The position numbers and the translations under genes were made by a program. The notes below the pieces were generated by a model. The model did no database searches. It saw only the letters and a list, made by a program, of their open reading frames with translations, and was not told where the DNA came from. From Marsupella aquatica (lineage: Eukaryota; Plantae; Marchantiophyta): a stretch of 64,000 bases of DNA. The DNA is taken from assembly GCA_973895155.1 (NCBI GenBank), contig OZ316893.1, positions 5,656,171 through 5,720,170 on the forward strand. The letters are read 5' to 3'. How positions within the stretch are numbered: the stretch's first letter is position 1; the number at the start of each line of letters is the position of its first letter. Shown in pieces: positions 46,070 to 59,056 of this stretch.

Positions 46070-47350
46070 ATGGCATGGCGGGCCTTGATGCAAGAGGCCT
46101 GGGAGCGCTCCATGGTGTTTACGCAATTCCTTTGCTTTCTCCATGTTTTCTCCAACCATGTCTGTCAGGTCCATCAGGTGACTGAGCTGCCCCTGTTGCT
46201 TCCTTTCCTTTTTTTTTGCTTTTCTTGATTTCTGATGTGGATCGCCAAGGCTCTTGCTCGCGGTTCTGGACAGGTAGACATTTTTTCTCTTGTCGCGGGC
46301 TAATTAGACCCATTTCGTATGACCATGTTCAGTGTTTAGGGCCTAGCATGCTGCCAACGTTCAATGTCGCAGGAGACATACTTCTTCTGGAGCATTTGTC
46401 AGTCACCTTTGAGAAAATACGGCCGGGTGATGTAGTGATGGCGAGGTCGCCTGTAAATCCTCGGGTCATGGTTTGCAAGCGTGTTCTTGGACTCGAGGGG
46501 GACCATGTCACAGTTCTTCCGACTACAAGCAGAGGACAAATTCGGCATGTCATGGTAATATATTAAAATTGTGCCCTAAACCTTCACAGCGTTTAGTCTG
46601 AAGAAAATGTGTGGTTCTTTCAAGTCGAATGCTGGAAGCCTCCGAAATACTTTTTGGCACTCACGAGCAAAATATACAGAAGAGGTCTCGCCTATTCTGC
46701 TGATCGGTAATGAAGAGGCCTTGCTGTGAGATATTATTGCAAGGTTTTTGGGAAATGTTGACGTCGGAATGTCTGCGCCAGGTTCCAAAAGGCCATGTAT
46801 GGTTGCAAGGAGACAATGTATTCAACTCAACAGATTCCAGGCACTATGGATCTGTGCCTTACGCACTTCTTCAAGGACGGGTTTGCTACAGGGTATGTAA
46901 ACTGATTTCAGTATACTTCTCTACACTACGTCTTTGCACAGGATCTCTAGTTTATCTCGGGTAGCCTACGGCAGACATCTATCTAATAAAGAAAGTTCTC
47001 TATCCATACCGAATCCTTATGTGAGTATACATCTGACGATGCGACGGAAGGAGTACGTTTTCATCCGGGTCTTCTTGCATGGGAAGTTCCCACTATAGTG
47101 CATTGCTTGCTTGATATCAGAGGTCTGGGAAATGAGAGTGGTCATAAACATCTAAGGTCAAAGTTGTGTTTAAGGTTCAGTAGATTGGTTCACATTTTTT
47201 GTACACTGCTGCAAATAAACATCCTAGAATGATACGAATTCGACTCACTGTGTTAGTTGATATTGCATTCTATACTCTAATTATTTTTTGGTGCTCGCAC
47301 AGATATGGCCACTGGAAGGATGGGGCCCTGTATTGAACAAGGAACCATGA
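46070..47350 (+). CDS. IMP1: Mitochondrial inner membrane protease subunit 1 (peptidase S26); exons 46070-46177, 46333-46554, 46782-46892, 47303-47350; 162 aa
   Basis: Catalytic Ser in [11 protein letters not shown], Lys in [39 protein letters not shown]. All junctions are phase 0 GT-AG, with an in-frame TAG upstream of the ATG. Confidence 0.93.
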
Positions 47351-48780
47351 AACGACAATTGTTCTAATCGCACAAACGAGTTCCTTTGGAGGCACAATTT
47401 TCTAGCTAACACGTTTGAATGAGACCATTGCAGGAAGGATTGTGTGAAGCTCCTGCTTTTTATTTCAGGATTTAGAAACAGGGAAGAGCTGATGATGGAT
47501 ATCAATTTGAAGGTTCCTCATTGTAACAATTTTGCCTCGCTGATATCAATTACAACTTTCTGCGAGTTATCGAGCAGAGAATTGTGTCCGTCGTGCTGAA
47601 GTGTACTCATGAGTTTCTGAGGCATGAATGAATGATGAATGACAGTAATGGGGCCAAGGGACAGAAAGTGCAAATCGGGCCAGGCGAGATTGCAGGTTTC
47701 TGAAGGTTTCAAGGGGACAACCAGTGTGGCATTGGAAGCACTTCACAGTTCCCTAAGTGAAACACTATTTCATGAACCTCGATTCTGAAGTCTTGCTTCC
47801 CAGTTCAATCTCTACCTTATTTAGACTCGACACACTGAAGACGCTGATTGAAGTTTACTATGCTATCTGACCTAAATCAAACCCTCCAAAACTCCTGTCC
47901 ACGAACCTTCTGGGAAGCAACCTTCTGGGAAGCAATACAGAGTAGTTACCATATTTCTACTTATGGCCCTGCTTGGGAGCTCAAGGAAGTCCTTGTGTCG
48001 TTATCTTTGTGAAATACCCCCTGCTGGGACAAATTGTACACCTCTAGGATCCTGTCTAATGAAGGTATCTATTGGTTGCTAAGGGGACTCTCCCTCCAGG
48101 AGCTTTTTGCAATTCCTTTCGATTACCTAGAATCTGAGAAGTGGAGACCACACTCTAACTGCAATTTCCATGGCCTGTTCACATCTAATTGAAAAGTAAA
48201 AACGTTCGGGGCTATGCAAATCAGGACAACAGTGCATTACAGTACGAGAGAGAAACTCCGTGGAACTTGTCCAGAGCATTACAGTTGTCTGTACCCGAAA
48301 AGTCTTGCGGAGCTAGTGCGGGCACTAGAAGGTATTGACAAACGCGGAGCCCTCTTAGTTTGACCTTTTATACTGCAACACCCTGTGTGGAATAGATTGA
48401 AATAATCCATAGATGTCGTGTACAGGAGAGGGCCGAGATGGTGCACAATTTGGTTATTGATCATGCTTTTGTCTCAAATCAAACCAACACATTCAGTATC
48501 TCCAGGGTTGATTGCCTGTCAGAATGGAAAAGGAAAAAACCCAAATGAGACTCTGATAACGGACTGCTTGGCACATAAATTGCAGTGGCAACCTACCGGT
48601 GAGTTTGAGACCAATACACGGTATTCCTTTGTCTAGATCTCAAAGAGTAATCACGAAGACTATTCAAAGTTCTGGAATTGAATGACAAAGATTAACCTTA
48701 ACCAAATCCACCTCTACCAATGATGACACCGCAAAATTTCCTGTACAAAAGTGCTGTTTATGCTACTTCCCCGTAAAAAA

Positions 48781-51700
48781 TTAATTGGCTGTGCCCGCTA
48801 CTATCCCTTTCTGCTCCCAAGTACCCTTGTAGTTGGATTGCCAAAGTCTGACCACTCCATCAGCCCCCGTTGTTGCTAACGTCATACCAGTCATATCCCA
48901 TTCTACTTGCCAGACCTGCAAGAAGACAAATCAAGTACTAAATCTCATTTCTGAATGGGAGTAAGAATCGAAATGAAGGTAGTCGCTACCTCAACCTATG
49001 TGTTGCGGCAAGATGTGTCCATAAAGATATCTCTGTAAAAAATCAAACCAACTCCACTAAAACCAGCCCTGTGAACTCGAACAGCCCAAACTGTGAACGA
49101 AGTCTACCTCTCCTGCATGTTCTGCGAATGAACCAAGCAACTTGACTGACGGAAAACCACCGGACAGCCCTGGACTCTGAAGGCTCCATATACTCAAGGA
49201 TGTACTGGATGCAATCGCTATAAGCTCATAAGGTCTGTCACAAGTGCAACAATCATTCAAACACGGTAATTTAGAAACGTTAAAATAATCTGGAAACTGA
49301 CACGTTTCAGCAGATTCATCTCAGAAACCATCCATATGGACCCCGTCACAGGTAAACGTGCAAGAATAAAGAGAGAACCTGCTGTCCTGGCGGCTACTAC
49401 AATTCTGCTAAATTACACATGAAGGTAATACTAGTTTCCACCAGATCTTTCTTCAGATATACCTGCCAATATTCGGTGCCCAAGCGACATGATTTATCAG
49501 TCCGTACTCAAAGTCTGGACAAGTTAGCTCTGCAACAAGATGCCATCTCTGGTGTGTCTCGCCAAACTCCCAGACCTGGGAATGGGAAAACGTTTATTAG
49601 ACATTTTAAGCGTGAAACTACGAAGATCGGTATGAACAAACTAGAAAAGTGCTAAAAATTTATCGCTAGAATAAACCCGACCAGGATCCCAGCTTGAAAA
49701 TTCCATCAGAAATTGTTGTCCAACATGGTTGTTCAAAAATAATGTTGTAAAAATAAGTTTTAATGGGTTTCAAATCTCTGCAACAATTTAAAATGACAAT
49801 GTACCCTACTCCCAAATGTATTGCAAAATTCGATCATTCCTAGACTGTAGCAATAACCTGCTTCAGAACGTGTAGCAAAATGCACGAAAGTCAGTAGCAC
49901 TTTCGTGGTGAAAAACTCACGCCAAGTTTTCCAGAGATAATACCTTTACAATACCATGCTGGCGTGAGTTTGTTCGAAAGCCAGCAACAAACAAAGGTTG
50001 CTGGATGGCATCAGCAGCAGGTCTCCAGCTCACAGAAGCTGCAGTACATGTTATCTTCTCGAGCTTCTGTTGTACGTCAGTGACATTTGAGAACTCAGCC
50101 TGCACGTTGAGCGCGCAGGTTAGTTGACATCACCAGGCAGGTTAGTTGACATCACCACAACGGAGGCGACTTGAGATCAAAATACGGTGATAGGGAACCT
50201 TTTCCCTGAGAATCGAGAATTCTGACTCGTAGACAGAAAATCGCATTGCTCCAATATTGCATGCTGATGATGGGGATGCAAGTAACAAAAGTCTGTAAGT
50301 AAGATGATGCAGCATAGGGGACTGTAGACACCTGTAGCTGCCAGTTGTTGAGTTCCAAAACATTTGATGCCTCATAAACCCTGAGATAGCCATCTCCTCC
50401 TGCCGCGACCTGTTCATGACACCTTCCAAATCTGCTTCAGCTCAGATACTTTGCTAGAAAGTAGTTAACTATTGGCTATAAGAATATTCCTACCCCTCAT
50501 AAACTCCCTTTTGTTCAAATGCATTTGAATCAAGTCGTGACGGCCTTATTATTGCCAGCCATATTGTGAAGCAGGTCATATCAGAATAGCCACCAAAAAG
50601 CATCAGTTCATCTTACAATATTGTTCAAACACAATTTAGCCACTGCTTTTCCTCGCTGTGCGCGAACAAAATAAAGGATGGGGATTGCGGAACAGCGGTC
50701 CAACGTGATTTTATGAATTCGAGTACAATGACTTACTCAGTCTGCCTGGTATGGAAATGACAATATTAAGTAGAATCTCAAAAGGGCACACTTGGCTTGG
50801 GTTAGAACCGCTCAGGAGGATGTGGATTTACCAATTTTAGCCCAGTAGCACAATTTCCAAATTGCACATCAAGCACAGAAATCCCAATACCAGCAAACTG
50901 CTTGCATAGACGCCACTCAAGAGGCTTTTCCCCTGTCAAGCATGAGCGGCAAAGAACATGTAAGCTTACGGATTGCAGATTTTGTGACAAGAGGGAGGTT
51001 GAAAATCATCACGAGCAAAATCTTGGATCGATTCTTGGGCGTTCTATTTGAAAAATACTCTCTACTTAACCTACACATCCGAATACAGATCCTGCCAGTG
51101 TAAAGATTTTTCAATTTAAACTTGTTGAGACTTCAAGGGACGCTGTACAGGAGAACCATGCATTGGCTTCTCGACTGACCAAATGCATTCAATGGTTCCG
51201 CTGACATCAACATTTATAGTCTATTTAATAACAAGAGAAGGACACAAGAGGACATACTTTCTTCTATCTCCTCCCACACAGAGATATTTCCATCTGCCGA
51301 GCAGCACGCGAGAACATCACCATATTCGGAGGGAGCCCACACCAGTTTGACGACTGCACCTTGGTGGGCCTGCATTGCAACTATTCCACCCTACATTGGT
51401 ATGCACAGTAATGTTTTTTTCCTTACACTCTCAACTCCTTCCCTTCAATTTCTTCCTTTCAATTTTCTCCATTCAAGTGTTTCACTATAATCCTCTCGTG
51501 TCTCTGCTTCAAAAATTTCCATTAGAGTCACTGCATATACCTGCTGCGCACCACAGTAAACAGGCACGTGACCAACACAACGATTCCACCCTGAGACCTA
51601 GCATTATTAGAATGAGCTAACCTTCTACTCATCACGAACTGAAATCCCTGAATCGTTTGCCAGATAGGCCCATACAATTGCTCAACTTCATAGAAATGCT

Positions 51701-51907
51701 ATACTAACAGCAGCAGCGCAAATTAGGGAGGTCAAATAAGAGTCAATAAGATACCTTCCACTTGCTGCTGTTCGAGTAGAAAGAGCGGCTGCCTTTATCA
51801 GGCTCGTAGATGAGGATACTTCCGTCGTCAGTGCCGGCTGCCATTCTGTCGCTCGAATCATTCCAGCAGGTGAACACAACGCCAGGGTCCAGCGCAACGA
51901 TCTCCAT
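48781..51907 (-). CDS. SEH1: Nucleoporin SEH1 (WD40); exons 51907-51755, 51369-51258, 50932-50832, 50409-50332, 50099-49944, 49575-49463, 49234-49108, 48915-48781; 324 aa
   Basis: WKAHQGAVVKLVWAPSEYGDVLACCSADGNISVWEE, VLDVQFG..GLKLV, RVYEASNVLELNNWQLQAEF, AWAPNIGRPYELIAIA, VWQVEWDMTGMTLATTGADGVVRLW. Phases are consistent. Confidence 0.93.
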
Positions 51908-52220
51908 CCCTAGCTCTCGCTAACCCTGACCGTCGTCCAGCACAGTAGTAGTATGGAGCTAGCTGGACTTACTAAATGATTCTTCCCTGAAAAAATCTCG
52001 ACGAGGATGGCAGTCGAGGAATGGAAGGAGGCTTTCCCGCCTTGATCCTGTAGTTCTTCAGCTCGTAGAACAGAGTTTCGTCAGCTTGTAGAACAGAGCC
52101 AACTCCATCGCAGCTTTCGCGACAGATTCTTCTCTTCCCTCCTCTTCTCAGAGAAAGGCCACCGTCGACGGTGAGAGCAGTCAAGTAAAATTTAGTGATT
52201 ACTTAATAAGCACTTTCGTG

Positions 52221-52432
52221 AGTTTAAACCGCCATTAGCCATATAGAGGGGTGAAGTGTCCAATACATTGTCCCTTCTTCACTTTCCTCTCATTCTTCTC
52301 CTCTCAAGTTCCATATTGCTTCACAAATTCAGGAAAGGATACTATTTATGATGTTTTGTTATGGCTAGTTTCACAAATGCAAGAAAAGACACTATTTATG
52401 GTGTTTTGTCATGGCTAGTGGTGGTTTAAGCT
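52221..52432. mobile_element. MITE-like element with 22-bp TIR, upstream of SEH1
   Basis: agtttaaaccgccattagccat ... atggctagtggtggtttaagct (19/22 match). Same family as 7326-7500; internal ~50-bp duplication. Confidence 0.75.
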
Positions 52433-53328
52433 TTTATGACTTAGGGCATTTAGCTTCTAAGGTAACTTCCTTGTTGCTTTGAGGAGGACGATATGCAATG
52501 ACAACCCATAATCTAGGCATATGTATATATTAAAGTCCATATGCCCATTTGTGGGGAAGAACTAACACTCAAAATTTGGATTTCTGATGCTCGCATGCTC
52601 TAGTAACTGGACCCTTATACACTTAAAGGCCTAGAAATATTTTTCTTATTTTTTTAATTTAGTAAAAGTATAGGAGAATTTTCATATTGAGTTAATTCAA
52701 ATCTTGACAGTTCATTCTTCCCCACAAATGCCCTGATAATTACAAAGAAAAAATTTATAAGGGCATTAAGTAACTGAAAGTGCACAAGTTGTACCATGTA
52801 ATTATTAAACAGTAAAATTAGTTAACTTTGCATGGCCTAAAATCCTGGCATTTTAATTTTTTCTTCTTTCCTTACACACTATTGCATGACTTTCCTTGGA
52901 TTTCTTCAGGTATTTTTTCTTGTTTCTTCCCAAAACGCACTCAAGTATTTATGTAAGGTATTGTTTTGGCTATGGACACTGCAGGCCATTGTGTCCCTCA
53001 AACCTGGTTAGCTCTCATTTGGGTACAGTATATCCCCCCATGCCGCCGTCTATAACCAGGACATTACCCTATTCTTAACTTCATGATTTTTCTCTTTGTA
53101 GTGTTTGTTGCATCAAAATGTAACTCCCCCCTCCCTCAAACATTTGTGTGATCTGGTTTGGGAGATGAGTTTTGAGCAGGACTCAATCCTGTGTTTTTCT
53201 ATGACTATTAGATCGTCCAAAACCCCCCTCACCTGACATTTAAGTACTCAATCTTCATAACGCTTTGATAATGACAACATGATTGCATGCTTACAACTTC
53301 CTTGTGTAACATGCATTAGTTGCCTAGT

Positions 53329-53498
53329 CTTGCCATCTTTTGTATTAAGGGGTGGCATTGGACTGGTAGCCTGCATTCTTTGCCTCGTCTTGCCATGTTT
53401 TGTGCCATGAAGTGGCATAGGACTGGTCCCCTGCATTCGTTTTGCCTTTCCTTGCCATCTTGTGTGTAATGTAGGAAGCCTTGCCATCTTTTGTGTAA
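53329..53498. repeat. ~59-bp degenerate tandem repeat
   Basis: cttgccat.ttttgt...gtggcat.ggactggt..cctgcattc..ttgcct repeated; cttgccat occurs four times. Confidence 0.8.
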
Positions 53499-53629
53499 CT
53501 TACACCAGGTGAAATCTTACTAATAAATCGCAAACATAAGTTACTTTCAAGGGCTAACTCTAGGGAGAAGACTCTAGACCGTAGCTCCATATAAAGACAA
53601 AGCTGGACTCAAAATCAAGGACAAAATTG

Positions 53630-53778
53630 GATTCTAAACAAGGACAAAGTGAGGGTGAACAAAAAATGAGAATGGGGCAAATGTAAAGGGGAGAGAGTGT
53701 AGAGTTCTTGTTTTTGCAATTATTTTTTGGTTTCAATCTCTATGTACTGTACCTTCAAGGAAGAGGGGTAATCAGGCT
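53630..53778 (+). mobile_element. Terminal fragment of the 44.5-kb repeat family, in the THOC5/SEH1 promoter region
   Basis: Shares aagtgagggtgaacaaaa and the terminal ggggtaatcaggct with 44710-44858. Confidence 0.65.
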
Positions 53779-54196
53779 GAGCAAAATAAAGAAAGAAACT
53801 CGGGACCAAAATATGAAACGTTTCCCGAAAGTTGGAAGTTGGATGAACGATGAGAGTGTCGAGAAGCGCGAACGGTGATCGGTTTGGGAACCGTCGGAGA
53901 ACAGACGGTGCAGAGACAGCAAGAACGGCGTAGGTGAGAAACAGAGCTCGTGTCTAACCTAGCGCTCTTGCTCGTGCTCCCTATCGAGACGCTGTGGCCG
54001 ACGAGAGCGAGAGCATGAGCTTCCGATTCGTTTCGTTGCTGTAGATATGGCGTCCCGTCCGTTCCCGGCACATATTACCGGCCTCGTCACCTATTGAAAA
54101 TCTGATTTACCTTCGCAGAAAGCTCCATCAATTTCTGATTCTGCCACTGTTGCTTTTTCACCGCCATGGTGGTACGTTTTCTTCTCGATGAGAGAA

Positions 54197-54199
<3 letters not shown>

Positions 54200-54246
<47 letters not shown>
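54200..54246. repeat. (GA)n microsatellite in the THOC5 5' intron/leader
   Basis: Uninterrupted ga run. Confidence 0.95.
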
Positions 54247-54248
<2 letters not shown>

Positions 54249-54906
54249 TGTTCTTGGGTGACGTCGTTTTTGTCGTTCATTTTCGTCATGAATTTGGATC
54301 TAGAAGATTTATTTTTCTGGAATCTGCTTGCAAATCACTCAGGCTCCAACAGCACTGTTTGTGTTTCCGCGCTTTCCGGTGGTGTTTTTATTCCCGATAA
54401 GAGAGAGGAAGAGCACGAGGTGTTGTTCATGGTTTGACGGTTTCTTGTCCTCATGAATTTGGATTTTGACGAATGGTCTTCCGTGGAAGCGCCCTTGCAC
54501 ATCATTTGGCGGTACCTGATTGAGCTTTGCGGTTGCATTCGGCTAAGGTCTTGGAAAACTGGAGGTTGAGAATGAGTACTCGATTGATGAAAGAGAGACA
54601 TTAGAGGAAGAAATGTGGTTCGCAGGCCGTGCTATACACCTGTCGTTCTCACTGAAAAAGCGGTATTTAAATGAACTGTCGTCCAGCGAATTCTTCTCGT
54701 GTTATGTTTTTTGTTTATGCACTTGTAACGCAATTATATGATGTTTCCCGCGCAGAATGTGGGCCGTGGAAAGAATCACATCTGCAAATCCTGCTGTGAA
54801 TGCAGTGAGATGGTGATTTAAACCTATTCTACCCTCATGGGAAGGTGTCGCAAGTGACCCGCCACAGTGCAGGAATTAGCTCACAGTTGTTGGTCCAAGG
54901 CCAGTC

Positions 54907-57900
54907 ATGGCAAAAGCATCGTATGAGATGTTGACCGACATTCGGAATTCCATCGAAGACATTCTCGGGAAGATGTTGCAGGTGAAAAAGGAAGGGAAAG
55001 GAACCATTAACTTGCGGGAGCTGTTGACCGAAGCTTCGGTCATGTTCGTGGATCTACGCCAGGTTCTAACTCCACTATTCGACTTCCTTACTGTTTTGAC
55101 AAATACGTTCCGTCGATAATGGCCTGAATGCGATATTTCTCGTTTTGCCTTACAAGCCAAAACAGGAAATTTACTTATGCCGTCCACATCTACGTGCTTT
55201 TCATACTTATAGTTTCTCATTTTGCCTTCTAAGCCGAATGCGGACAACCACTCTTCCCTTCTCGATGTATGTGCGTTTCGTACTGATATCCTTTGCATAT
55301 TCTGGCAGGTTAACCGTCTGATCCTGCAAGAGGAAGATAGAGTGAAGTCCGAAACGGAATCTGCGAAATTGCCTGTGGACCACACGACTCTTCAGCTTCA
55401 TAATCTTTTGTACGAGAAGAATTATTACCTGAAGGCGATCAAGGCATGCAAAGATTTCAAGTCCAAGTATCCAGACATTGATCTCGTTTCAGAGGAGGAG
55501 TTTTTCAGAGATGCTCCTGAAGAGCTGAAAGCAGACCCCAGCCTCAGAGAAGACGCACACAAGTTGAATTTGCAACGGCTGAATTTTGAGCTTCACCAGG
55601 TAGTTGCTTCTACTGTGCTTACTTTGACCGGTGGATGCTGGGAACAAAGTCATTAAATATGACTTCCTTTCAGCACTGGTCATGAATTCCCGGTGGTTTT
55701 GAGTTATGTCGAGTGTTTCCCTGAAGTGTTGTAATTGCTGCCTTCATTTGTTTCCGGTAAGTGACGCCTGTCTTTATATGCGCAGCGTAAAGAGCTTTGC
55801 ATACAGCGAGAGCACCTGGATGCCCGGAAAAAAATGTTGCAAGAGAGCATCGCGAACCGGCGGAAGTTCTTGTCGAGCCTGCCTTCCCATTTGAAGGCTC
55901 TGAAAAAGGCATCTTTACCCGTGCAGCAACAATTGGGAATACTGCACACCAAACGTGTTAAACAACATCAGCTGGCAGAGCTTTTACCCCCTCCTCTGTA
56001 TATCCTGTACTCACAATTTTTGTCTCAAAAAGAGGCTTTTGCGGAATGTATTGAGGTGGAGATCATGGGAAGTGCTAAAGATGCTCAGACTGCTGCACGC
56101 CAGCAGGCCAATAGGGAGGCTGGTGAGTCCTCCAACGAATTGTGTTCATCAGCTGAGAGGGTGGAGAATTGTATGAATGCCCGGGATAGTAGGCCTGTTG
56201 TTACCTCAGTCTCCTCAGTGCTATCTTACGTTTCTGTGCCCAGTCGTTTACCAATTGTAGTTGGCGTCAGTTTCTGATGGTCATGATTCTAAAATTGTGA
56301 TAACAGCAGCAGCTGCCGGAGTTACAGAGGAGACGAAAATAGAAGAAGAACTCCCTGACGAAGAAGATGATTCGCAGAGGCGGCGAAAGAGGGTGAAGAA
56401 ATCACATGACAAAGACAACTCAGACGGTGCTGGATTGTATCAGTCACATCCACTTACCATTGTATTGCAAATTTATGATGATGAACAACTTTCGATGGAC
56501 AAGGCAAACAAACTACTGACAATTGTCTTTGAGTTTCTTCCAAAGCTCAATATTGTCTGTGCTGGAATAGATGGATCCTCTCAAGGACCTGAGCCTGGGA
56601 ATCTATTGGTTAATCTCTTCCCCAATGACACTGGCTTGGACTTGCCCAATCAAGTAAGTTTAATTGCACTCAATATACTCTTCAATTTGAACTAGACATC
56701 TTGTATGCCTAGTTGTTAACACTCTGTTGTGGTAGTCTAATGCTTAGTATCTGCTTCCAATGACGCTGAACTGATGAGGAAAACGTCGCTCAACTTCTCA
56801 CCAACAGACGTCTTTTGGGCTGCCCAGGTATCAAAACTCCAAGCTGGTGTGGGTTTCGTTTTCGACGAGAAACGGACGTTACGACCGTATAAATGGGCCC
56901 AGCATCTCGCTGGGATTGATTTCCTCCCTGAAGCACCTCCCCTTCTCCCAGATTCAGGGTTCTTAACCAGCACTGAAACTTCGAAGGGTTTTGTCATTTC
57001 GTCGGCCCTAACTACTTACAGGGAAGAACATCGTGTCTTCACGGTCTTGCAGCAGCTTCGCGCACGGAAGAAGGCTCATCTGGCTCTGAAGTGAGTCGAT
57101 ACTTCTGTGAGTCCTGGACCGGTCCCTGATAGAAATGGATGAAGTTGGCATACTCCCGTCCCATAGTGGTTCACCTGCTAAAGTATGTGTCTATATGTAG
57201 AAGGTAGGCCTTTTTTTCAGAAGTTGCTTTATATGTCTCCTACAAAGGGTCATGTTTACTGGTCTTTACCAAGCGCAAAAATTCTGTGACAAGGTAATTG
57301 ACGTTAGTCCACAATTTATCAAGAGTACGAACTGAGGGTGAGGAGCAGTTAAATGTGCACATAAGCGGTTGCAACTCATTCTGTGCACTTAAGCCCTATT
57401 GCGCTTTGAATACTGAGTATGGGTCTTGTCAGGTGTTCCGGCTACTTCTTAGGCTGCCTGTTCGAATACACGTAATGGAAATAAACAATATTACTCGTAA
57501 TGGACAGCTTTTGAAATTGGTTGTCGATGGGTAAGCTCTGTGTGCCTGCCATGATTGTAGCGCAGATACACGTTCTCCGAACACCGTACTAGACCAAACC
57601 AACCTCTGAATCTTGTTGGTGTCGATCTTTTGGATGAATGTTGCAGAGAGCAGTTGGAGTCCTTGTCCAAGTTAAAGCAGCCTGGTTGGAAGGCTGTCAC
57701 CACCTTTCCATGGGTTGTTTATCTCCCAAAATGCACCTTACGAACGTGGACGGAGATCGAGGCTTCAGGAATGGATCAGTCGTTCTATGCCTTAGGTGGA
57801 GGACAGGTGCAAGCTGCACTCCCCAGCCCACCTAATCATGAAGCTGTCGAGATAGTGACAGCAACTGACATGGAGATGGGCAGGGAGGACGGAGAACTTC

Positions 57901-59056
57901 CTTCTTCTACAGTACTACCAACTGTTGGAACAAGTTCGAATGGGAGCAGGTTGCCTAATGGAAGCGAAGGAGCCCACGAGGATGCAGATATTCCTGGGGT
58001 TATCGTTGGGTCTGGGAACGAAATTGGGAAACCCCCATCTAGAGGAATCGTCGGAGAGAAGAGATCTAGGCGGGGGGAAAACTTAGTGAAGTCATCTCCA
58101 ATTCAACGGGAAGATGCAATTTTGGCAGGGATTCGATCATCACTTCTTCCTGGATTTGATGCATTGATGGATGATGGAATGGAAGGGCTTGAAATGGATG
58201 GGGTTGTTGAAGAAATCGAAGATGAAATAAACTCATCAAAAAGTAAGTGGGGATGGGAGACCTATGGCATCCAAACGTATCGTGCTGTCTTGCGCCGGGA
58301 CAGTGGAGCAGGTGGAAAACGCTTTGAATTGGAAGCTCAGGTTGGTGTTTACCTTAATTATGAGCCTCACTTGAGTTTGTTTGTTGCGTACCGTTTTTCT
58401 GCTATGTATGTGCTTAGGAGGATTTTTGGAGCCCGCACCTGCCAAATTCAGTTGTAGTTGTTCAATTCGGTGGCTTCTGTCTCTGCTTTTATGGTCCCTA
58501 ACATCGTTTCCCTGTAGGTCGAGGTTGGTCCGGAGTACCCTCTTCGATCCCCTGTTTTTCACCTGCGGATTCTCCTGTCTGGGGTGAAAGATTCCTTTTC
58601 TTTACCAGCTGCGCCTCCTGGTCTCCTGGATGTCACGGAATCAATGGTGATTGGTGATCCTCATGTTGATGAACGATTCAATGAACTCAGAGCCATAGAA
58701 GCCGAGGTAAGGGAACGTTTACTAGTTTGGGTGATTTGGCTGGCAGTCCGCAGGAACTAGACTCTTTGATAGGAGTGTGCTCAGGTGATGTTGGGATTTC
58801 TTACCCTGCTAAATGTGTTGAGCAGGTCAATATTCACCTTCCAGGCATTCTGCCAAAGGGAGAGATCAACTACACTCTAGCTCATCAACTTTCACTTCTC
58901 ATCATGCTCTATGATCAGGAGGTTGACCCTGGAACTACTCAAAAGTTTTCTGAGAATCCAGGAGGTAAGGTGGGACAACGAGCAGTAAGAGGAAGGGATC
59001 GTCGAAAAGCAATCGCTTGGAATGAACGACTAGGTAATTTTGAGTATCGCTCATAG
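54907..59056 (+). CDS. THOC5: THO complex subunit 5 (FMIP); exons 54907-55062, 55309-55599, 55786-56122, ~56307-56653, 56828-57090, 57647-58340, 58518-58706, 58826-59056; possible upstream start at 54166
   Basis: LRQVNR.IL.EEDRVK.ETE.AKLPVD.TTLQLHNLLYEKNYYLKAIKACKDFKSKYPDI.LVSEEEF, LSSLPSHLK.LKKASLPVQ, LPPPLYILYSQF, LFPNDTGLDLP, RPYKWAQHLAGIDFLPE, EYPLR.P.F, NELRAIEAEVN, RGRDRRK. Confidence 0.96.

Noticed and set aside
48470-48520. Extra SEH1 terminal exon (AINPGDTECVGLI*)
   Set aside because: SEH1 already terminates at 48781 with a complete, normal-length protein
54876-55385. 169-aa minus-strand ORF
   Set aside because: Antisense to THOC5 exons and intron; no recognisable motifs
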